NCBI RefSeq assembly: GCF_011745625.1
Contig: NW_027191459.1
Span: 558,001-622,000, forward strand
Length of the DNA: 64,000 bases
Direction: 5' to 3'
DNA from: Cladosporium halotolerans
Taxonomy: Eukaryota
Shown: positions 56,426 to 64,000 of the stretch, piece by piece
How the letters are laid out: every line of letters starts with the position of its first letter
Numbering within the stretch: position 1 is the stretch's first letter
Position numbers and translations under genes: made by a program
Notes under the pieces: model-generated
Told to the model about the DNA's origin: nothing
Databases searched by the model: none
Seen by the model: only the letters and a program-made list of their open reading frames with translations

Positions 56426-59400
56426 TCACCGCTTGACCACATTCGCGCCCTTGCTAAGCAGCAACTGCCTCACCTCCCGCACAGCCCCGTCCCAGCCCTT
56501 GACACCACCACCAACGCTACCCTGCAGCACCTCCCGCAACTTCTTCTCATTGAGTGCCTCGCCGTACACAACTTTGGCGTCCACCTCAACGCTCTCAGAC
56601 AACGCCAGCTCCTCGCCGATCGCCGCGAGGACGTCAAAGGAAACGCGGACTTTGGTGCGCAGCTTGGGCAAGAGAATGAAGGACGACACGCTGAGGCGCT
56701 CGTCCGATACGATTCGGGTGTCCGTGAGGCCTTCGATGGCGAGCCGGCGCTCGGACTCCGCGACGCTGAGAGCCGTGTCCCAGCCGCTGCTGACGAAGCG
56801 GAGGAGGGAGGAGACTTTGGTTGCGCTTTGGGGAAGGGCGTGGAGGGATGCGCGCAGGACTTGCAGGAAGAAGCGGATTGTTGTGGGGAGAGGCTGGTTG
56901 GAGCCGGTGTAGGTCAGGCCGATGGGGGCGTTGGGGCGGGAGTCGGCGTCTTGCGAGGGGTTGCGGAAGGCGTAGGGGTGGAAGAAGAGCTGGAGCGATG
57001 ACTTGTAGGTCATTGTGACGGTGGGCGGTTTCGAGGTGGCTGTGGTGATGCTCCAGCCGTATGTGTCTTCGAGGTTCTTGACGGATTCTGAATGGAATGT
57101 CAGCTTTGTGCTTGATCGAAATATTGGAAAATATTGTGTACCTTTCAGAGCAGTAATCTCGTCCACGGAGATCGTCCTGTAGGATTCGCGCACCCGGTCT
57201 GCTTCCTTGATGGCGGCCGTGAACTCGTCCTTGGTCTCCCGCAGATTCTCTTCGATCTCCTCTTGCTCGTGCACGTCATATTGCAATTCCTCCAAGATCC
57301 GACGCTTTTCCTCCAGCTGCGCATCAATAGACTCAATGCCTGCCCTTGCGGAATCAAGCTCCTGCTTCTCCTCCTCAGAGGTCGAGTTCTCTTCAGCTTC
57401 GAGCTGATCCACCTCTTGTTGCAAGGTAGTCTGCTGCTCGATTAAAGCCGGCAGTACCTGGCCGAGGACATCTTCCTTGGATTGCAGAATCTCGTCATCT
57501 TTCAGAAGACCCTCGGCAAGACCTTGAAGCACATGCATGAGCTCGTCGAGCAGCTGACTTCTCCAGCCATACCACATCTCCTTACTCCTCAGACGCGCGT
57601 GAGTCTTCATGTCTCTCAGTTGAGCATCGATGGCCATCTTGCGATCCGGCGCCGCAGACATATAGGCTTGGATAAGCCGTGGCGTGTCTTGGAAGGTCTC
57701 GGCTTCCAGCTCCTTGATCGCGCCTTTGCCCTCGTGAATGTAGCGTTTCAGCTCGTGACAAGCGTGAGAAAACAACTCCCTCTCAGGCTCAGTGCACGCG
57801 GCGGCCACGACAGCGCTCTCCAGAGTGATCTCGGGTTGCATGTGTTCATCGACGTCACTTCTTCGTCGCTTCGACGGAGTTGGAGCAGTCGTCATCCTAC
57901 GCTTAGTAGTGGTCAGGTCCATGAAACGAATGCTGGCCGCGTCCAGAAAGTCCTGAAGGCGAACTCGTTGCTGCTCGACGACAGGCTCTGCGTTGAAAAT
58001 ATCATCACTGAGCTTCTGCGCCGGAGACTTCTTTGCGCTGCTGCGAGTCTTCGGAGTAGGCTTTCCAGCCGGCGTAGGCCTCTTCATCGGAGAAGGCTCC
58101 TTTCGAGGGGTGTGCTTCTTCGGCGTTAGGGCTTTCAGCGTTTCTTTCCGAGGCGTTGACATGAGCTTGATTGAATCAGCTAGCCTCATGGATTCTTTCA
58201 AGGATTCTTCAGGAGTAGCCTTCGTTTGCGGAGTCTTTTCGTGAACCGGTGTGACGACGGTCGCAGCAAGCTCTTCATGTGGTGTGGAAGGGTCCACAAC
58301 CTCCTCGACGCTCGGAGTGTTGCCTTTGCTTGGCGAGGCTGTGTTCGGTGTCGCAGACTTGGTTGATCTCGAAGATCTAGGCGTGTTAGACTTGGAGGGT
58401 GAACGTTGAAACGATACAGGTTGCGGCGTGACAGCATTAGGAGTCGCCACTTTGGGCGTCGCGGTTCTGGGTGTGAGTGATTTGTGCGGGCTCATGGATT
58501 TACGACGCGGGCTTCCAGAGGAGATAGGCGTTCCTTTTGTCGGTGAGAATGTAGGCTTGGCCGGAGTGCTACGTAGCTTTTTCTCCACGATTGGAGAAGG
58601 GTCGGGTTCTTGCAGCTGGGCATCAAGCTGCTGCTTGATATCGCTGCCGGGCTCTCCTGCGCTACGACGACTTGGTGAATTCAGCGGGGTGGTCTTTTCC
58701 TTGCCGGCGGACGGTGGCCCATCCAGTAAAGGAAGGTCTGGGTACGAGATCTCGTTCTTCAATGGAGAGCCTTTGGGCGTACTAGCATGTCCCTCCTTGG
58801 AAGCGGACCTTGTCAAACGCAGTTGATTCACCTGGGGTTGCTTCTGCGGAGAATTTGTTTTCGCAGGTGAAGTTGCCTTGCGCGACCTGGCCGAGGAAGA
58901 CTTCTTAGATGATGCAGACTTCTCTGCTGACCGTTCAGCTTGCTTCTGAAGTACCGGTGTAAGAGACTTCCTGGGACCAGAGTCTGGTACGTCTCGGAAT
59001 CGCTCCTGATCTTTCGGTGTGGTATTGGCGTGGGCGGCTTTCTCTGGTGAAGCCGGCACTTGCGGCGTTCCTGGTTGTGGGCTCTCGAGAGCGTTGCTCG
59101 CGGTCTGTACACCACCAAAAGCAGTTGTCAGTTCCATACTGAGATCTTCATCCCCGCCAAAACTTTGAACAGACTCTCGCTTCGAGCTCTGGATACCTCC
59201 GACCGGACGAGTGAAATCCATGGTGAAATCTTCCGCCTCGGAAGCGACGCCCGAAGATCGTCGCCTCCCAACGCTCCTTCGACGGTCCACCTTCATAGGT
59301 GAGCCTGATTCTTGAACCCCACCCACAGCAACTGTAAGGTCCATGGTTTCATCGCCCATAGACGAACGCGCTACAGAGGAACGTCTGCGCTTCGACTGGG

Positions 59401-60628
59401 CTGAAGTGAAGCCTGGCGATCCAGTTTCCGTCGTAGACCTGCGTCTCTTTTGTCCGTTTCGTGTTGGAGACTGGGCTGGCGCGGTGTGATTGACTCGTCC
59501 CACCGCCTGGGTGAAGTCCATAGTGCCATCGTCCTCCACCATGGGAGAGCTCTCGACTTGACGGCCACGACCTTGCACAATGCCGCCAACAGCGCGCGTA
59601 ACGTCCATACTCATGTCCTCGTCTTCCTCGTCTTCCTCGTTGATCGTGGATGGTCGTTGCCGCAATCCATTTGCCATTGAATCCTGGAAGGCAGGCGAAA
59701 ATGGATTGACATTCTCTTGGTCCATTGATGCAGAATACAAGGGTTCATCTTGATCGTCAGCCTGGCGTTGCGCCCAAGGCTTGAACGCGTTGGTGACTTC
59801 TTCTCCTGCAATCTCCATGGACGCATCATCGTATGCCTCGTCGTACTCTATTCCTCGCGTTCCAGCTGTTTCTGCTGCTTCGCGCAGGTTCCTCTCTAGT
59901 CGTGCGCTGGAGGATGTGCTTCCCTCGCTCTCAGTGGTTGACAGAAGCGACTCGTCGCCCATGTCAAGGCTCATGGCGGCCCCTGTAGCGTCTTCGTCTT
60001 CGCTCTCGCTACCGTCCTCTTCCTCACTGCCTGAGATCTCGCTGCTTCCACTGATCATGCTCGATTCCACATCGTCCGGGTTGTTGAAATTCATGGGTGG
60101 TACTGCAGAGCTCCGTCTTCTCTTCTTTTGATGCAGGCCGCGTTGGTGAGCCGGTGATATAGGCGATTGTGCTGGAGAGCTTGCTTGCTCTGGAGGTGTG
60201 GACGGTGGTTCCGAGCTAGGTGAGGCGGAGTTCCTTGTAAGACCAGATGCTCGTCGCGTACTTTCTGACGACTCCGTCGAGGTTGTATGATCGCGCATGT
60301 ACTCGATGACATCCCAAGTGTGCAGTGTTGCCTCTGGCGCGAACGAAACGCGTCTGTTGGCCATGGACTTTCGGCGTGCTGCTTTGCGCTCTGCGTCTGC
60401 CTGGCTGGGAATGATACCCTTTACAGCCGGCACGAATGCCGATTTCCTCCTGTTCTTCATTTCATCCTTCTTCTCCTCCCTCTGCTCTGCATCCTCCTCT
60501 AATAAACCTCCAGGTCCAATACTCTTGCTGCGCGTTTTGTTAGGCTTTCGCGGTGATGACCCTTTGCGCTGAAGCGGGTCACTTGAAGTTGCTGGCGCAA
60601 CGTTCTCCTTGTTTGCGGCAAGCGCCAT
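56426..60628 (-). CDS. SPC105: Kinetochore scaffold Spc105/Spc7/KNL1; intron 57088-57141; start may be 60640
   Basis: RRVSFAPEATLHTW PP1 motif; MDVT/MDFT/MDLT/MELT repeats; LQDFL..IRFMDLT, CHELKRYI, WYGWR, YGW. Confidence 0.93.
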   Translation of the reverse strand: MALAANKENVAPATSSDPLQRKGSSPRKPNKTRSKSIGPGGLLEEDAEQREEKKDEMKNRRKSAFVPAVKGIIPSQADAERKAARRKSMANRRVSFAPEATLHTWDVIEYMRDHTTSTESSESTRRASGLTRNSASPSSEPPSTPPEQASSPAQSPISPAHQRGLHQKKRRRSSAVPPMNFNNPDDVESSMISGSSEISGSEEEDGSESEDEDATGAAMSLDMGDESLLSTTESEGSTSSSARLERNLREAAETAGTRGIEYDEAYDDASMEIAGEEVTNAFKPWAQRQADDQDEPLYSASMDQENVNPFSPAFQDSMANGLRQRPSTINEEDEEDEDMSMDVTRAVGGIVQGRGRQVESSPMVEDDGTMDFTQAVGRVNHTAPAQSPTRNGQKRRRSTTETGSPGFTSAQSKRRRSSVARSSMGDETMDLTVAVGGVQESGSPMKVDRRRSVGRRRSSGVASEAEDFTMDFTRPVGGIQSSKRESVQSFGGDEDLSMELTTAFGGVQTASNALESPQPGTPQVPASPEKAAHANTTPKDQERFRDVPDSGPRKSLTPVLQKQAERSAEKSASSKKSSSARSRKATSPAKTNSPQKQPQVNQLRLTRSASKEGHASTPKGSPLKNEISYPDLPLLDGPPSAGKEKTTPLNSPSRRSAGEPGSDIKQQLDAQLQEPDPSPIVEKKLRSTPAKPTFSPTKGTPISSGSPRRKSMSPHKSLTPRTATPKVATPNAVTPQPVSFQRSPSKSNTPRSSRSTKSATPNTASPSKGNTPSVEEVVDPSTPHEELAATVVTPVHEKTPQTKATPEESLKESMRLADSIKLMSTPRKETLKALTPKKHTPRKEPSPMKRPTPAGKPTPKTRSSAKKSPAQKLSDDIFNAEPVVEQQRVRLQDFLDAASIRFMDLTTTKRRMTTAPTPSKRRRSDVDEHMQPEITLESAVVAAACTEPERELFSHACHELKRYIHEGKGAIKELEAETFQDTPRLIQAYMSAAPDRKMAIDAQLRDMKTHARLRSKEMWYGWRSQLLDELMHVLQGLAEGLLKDDEILQSKEDVLGQVLPALIEQQTTLQQEVDQLEAEENSTSEEEKQELDSARAGIESIDAQLEEKRRILEELQYDVHEQEEIEENLRETKDEFTAAIKEADRVRESYRTISVDEITALKGTQYFPIFRSSTKLTFHSESVKNLEDTYGWSITTATSKPPTVTMTYKSSLQLFFHPYAFRNPSQDADSRPNAPIGLTYTGSNQPLPTTIRFFLQVLRASLHALPQSATKVSSLLRFVSSGWDTALSVAESERRLAIEGLTDTRIVSDERLSVSSFILLPKLRTKVRVSFDVLAAIGEELALSESVEVDAKVVYGEALNEKKLREVLQGSVGGGVKGWDGAVREVRQLLLSKGANVVKR

Positions 60629-61748
60629 GTCGTCGAACATTTGCGCATGCGTTAGTAAATATCTGAAGGAGAGTCGCGTATATATCGTCGCGTGCCCACG
60701 GCGCGAAACGAAAGAGCGGGCTTTGCTTGCGAACGTCAACAAAACACCGGGTATCAGCGGGCCGGCCCTCGCACCCAAACTTCAACTCCACGCTTCCCCC
60801 AGGGCTTGCAGAAGGCTGGCGTGGCGCTGCCAAGAAATCATCTTCAAAAGTTGTAAATGCGTCTTGCCTGTATGTTAGGAAAAACTGTAAGGCTGTTCCA
60901 GTAATTTTAATGGACTCCAGCTGCCATCTAAATCAACTCGTCTTCAGAATACAAGATGCTTGATGTGAGATCCTTGGTCCACCAGGTACACATGATCTTC
61001 TGACCTATTGAGGCTCATTCGATCATGCAATATGTAGTGATCTAAAAATGATTCGTCTAACTACGATACGGAATCGCTATCCCATTCTCGTGGGGTCACC
61101 ATCTTCATTTGATCGATCGGAGGGTTGGTAGGCCAAGAGATCATCTTTATCCGTAACCGAGTAGAGCGAAGGCTATTGAAGGTGAAAGTTGATCTGGATC
61201 TCTCGACAGTGTGCGGAGCATGGGCGCGTATCATAGACACATAGATCGCGCCAGACTACGCGGTGGCAGCGCGACGTCTGTTCAACCTCGATGCGTGCCT
61301 TTAAGCAAACATGCATCCAGATGTGTTGTGGGAATTCGCAAACCGGCATTCGAGGGGATGGGTTAAGACTTTATAGCTAGTATGCGCAAAGACTACGCTA
61401 AGGATGCATTGGATCCAACGACTAAAAGCTGTTGTGCAGGCGGCTCACGTTGTTTTTAATAGCAATATTTCGTGCGTATATCAGCGTGTAAATGCGTGCG
61501 CAAAAGTGCTGGGTTAATGCGCCGATCAGCGCCGCCAGCCTTGAAGTTCGGCAGGCGGGCGCGCTGCGAGAGTCGCGGCTAGATCCGTTGCGAGATCTTG
61601 CCAAGCGCACAGCTTTGCTGAATTCCCTTCCCTGGCGCGCTGAGCACCACGACCGCCTCCAAGCGACCCCGAACACTCGCCCCCCGACGACCTCCGACAA
61701 AATACACACATCGTCGCCAACTTCGACCGATTGTCCAGCACAGCAATC

Positions 61749-62410
61749 ATGGCGACTGAGTTGACCGTCCAGAGCGAGCGCGCTTTCCAGAAGCAGCCGC
61801 ACGTTTTCCAGAACGCAAAGAAGCAGAGCGGCAAGACCAAGAGGGCTGGAAAGGGTGGCAGGAGATGGGTTAAGGACGTCGGTCTCGGCTTCAGGACTCC
61901 CAAGACCGCCGTTGAGGGCTCCTACATTGGTGAGTGACGGCCTGGGAGCGATGCGGTTGGAAATGTTTGGATTGAAGATCTTGGCATTCGCAAAATGGTG
62001 GAAAGGACAGGGAACAAGGACAATTGCTTACACTGCGGCGCAGACAAGAAGTGCCCCTTCACTGGTCTCGTCTCCATCCGTGGCCGTATCCTTACCGGCA
62101 CCGTCGTCTCCACCAAGATGCACCGTACTCTCATCATCCGCCGCGAGTACCTGCACTTCGTCCCCAAGTACTCCCGTTACGAGAGGCGCCACAAGAACCT
62201 CGCTGCCCACGTTTCCCCGGCTTTCCGTGTCGAGGAGGGTGACCAGGTTACCGTTGGCCAGTGCAGGCCCCTCAGCAAGACCGTACGTTACAACACCGCG
62301 CATACCGAAAACCTGGAGCACAAAATACTAACAGGACATAGGTCCGTTTCAACGTCCTCCGCGTGCTCCCCCGCACCGGCAAGGCTGTCAAGGCTTTCCA
62401 GAAGTTCTAA
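61749..62410 (+). CDS. RPS11: 40S ribosomal protein S11 (uS17); introns 61930-62043 and 62283-62341
   Basis: [42 protein letters not shown]. Confidence 0.98.
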
Positions 62411-63583
62411 GCGCATTTTGCGCGCGACGTTGAATCGGAGAATCGGGCAGACATGGGAGTGGTAGGCGGCGGCTTTGCTTTAAGAAAAAGAGCACTACCA
62501 CGGACGGCGTTGGTCATGCAAAATTAGCGAAGGTCGAGAGACAGGCTGGCGATGTATCCACGCTGAGTCTCGATTGCATAACGCTTTCCAGTCAATGTCA
62601 AGTTTTCGCCAAAGGGTCACAGATACTCGTCAATCTCACATGTAGCTCGCTTTCGAAGCCATCGCACACGCCGTTCATGAACCACCTTTCGACCGAAAAG
62701 CACGACGACGACGACGTCTTCGAAAACGTACCATTCTGGAATACAAAACGCGCTGCTGTGCCGTTGCTGTGTCTGCGAACCGCTCGATTTCCCGGAAACA
62801 TCAACTTCAGCTTCCCAAGATGCATTGGTATTCTGATACCATTTCCACGCCAACAGTGCCCAGTCTGCAGCATGATAAGCGCGACCATCGCCCAGTCAAC
62901 CCATCAACTCCCCGCTTGTAAACGTGATTCAAGTCGTCATAAATGACATGTAAAGAAGTCCCATACCATGCGTTCAATGCCTAGCCTAGCGTGAACAACA
63001 GAAACAGGAGGATGAACGTACCTAGGTACGCATGGGGAATAAATCTCGAACCCCATTGAGCCTAGCCTGAATCCCTGCATGCGTGAGTCTGTGCCTGCCA
63101 ATCCGTCTTGCGAGCACATGCCATCTAGGTAATTCAGAACGAAACGATAAGTCCAGTGCATCATCTTTTATTCCATGAGCTTTGCCAAAACCCACATGCA
63201 ACCGGCGTACTGTACGTGAACCTCATATCGCCGGCTAGTTGCGTGCTGCACGGACGCTAGAGTGCAACGCTTGTGGCATCTGGAGCTGGCCAGCGCCGCC
63301 ACTGCCTCCAACGCGCAAACAGCGAACACCGGGATCTTATTACTGCGGTCCGGGGCGCATGGAAACACCAAAACACAGCTCCAACATACCTTTACGCGTC
63401 TTCGGCAGATCATCAAAACAGGCGCACGTCAACGTGACCCTACGCGTGGCGCCATATACGCTCTTTGACCATCACTTCACCTGCGCGCTGGTTTCGCTCG
63501 AACGGCACAATTCATAGCGACTATGTATAGCTGAGGGCAACCACACATATCGCATTCCGCTGGAGATATTCAAAAACAATCCA

Positions 63584-64000
63584 ATGGCCTCCAGGCGGGT
63601 GTCTGAAATTATTGAATTGGGCGACAGCGACGATGATGTCGCAACAAGCATCCAAAACACGCGTCCCAAAGCTTTTCGAGCTGGTACTAAGGCTTCACGA
63701 CTCAGTAAGGCTCAACCAGTGGACACCATCGACCTAACTGGAGACGACACCTCGAGTCGCACCGGACGTTTGCTATCCGGGAAGGCCCGAGGCAAATCAC
63801 CAACAGGATTGTTGGCTCGCATGCAATCGATCATAACCCCTCGGGCCGTTCGAGAAACGGAACATGCACCCGCGACTTCGAAAGCAGCGCCTCGCGTAAT
63901 ACAATCTAGCGATCACGAGGATGAAATGCCCGCGGAGTCCGCTTCTGTAGGCTTGTCTGGCTTCCGAGATGCTCGTCGTGGCGGGCATGGCTCCCAAAAC
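63584..64000 (+). CDS. 5' end of a gene running off the window; disordered N-terminus with SUMO-interacting-like motifs
   Basis: Frame open from ATG 63584 to the window end: MASRRVSEIIELGDSDDD...VDTIDLTGDD. Confidence 0.65.
   Translation, partial: MASRRVSEIIELGDSDDDVATSIQNTRPKAFRAGTKASRLSKAQPVDTIDLTGDDTSSRTGRLLSGKARGKSPTGLLARMQSIITPRAVRETEHAPATSKAAPRVIQSSDHEDEMPAESASVGLSGFRDARRGGHGSQN

Overview
Gene-dense chromosomal window from a filamentous ascomycete (short GT-AG introns with CTRAY branch points, dispersed 5S gene; a Dothideomycete origin is my inference). It holds about 25 genes. Housekeeping genes: ACL1 3' end, ATP25, mitochondrial uS5, DIB1, PPAT, BMT6, a ZIP zinc transporter, RPS2, an MTC4-like gene, SPC105/KNL1 and RPS11. 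RNA genes: an intron-containing tRNA-Glu(CTC) and an intact 5S rRNA gene. An accessory-looking block at about 23-38.5 kb contains an intronless HeLo-like/NACHT/ankyrin NLR, a degenerate 5S fragment, a divergent pair (atypical 6-phosphogluconate-dehydrogenase-like gene and FAD/Rieske oxidoreductase) sharing an ACGT-rich promoter, and a GT31 gene broken by one in-frame TAG. No transposase, tyrosine recombinase or CRISPR array was recognised. Most notable observations: (1) a strand-symmetric C/A-rich to G/T-rich skew flip recurs roughly every 3-5 kb, independent of gene direction; (2) the 6PGD-like/Rieske pair is bracketed by co-oriented 5S sequences, and the dehydrogenase lacks the NADP motif and several substrate-phosphate ligands. 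All calls are by eye; no database searches were run.
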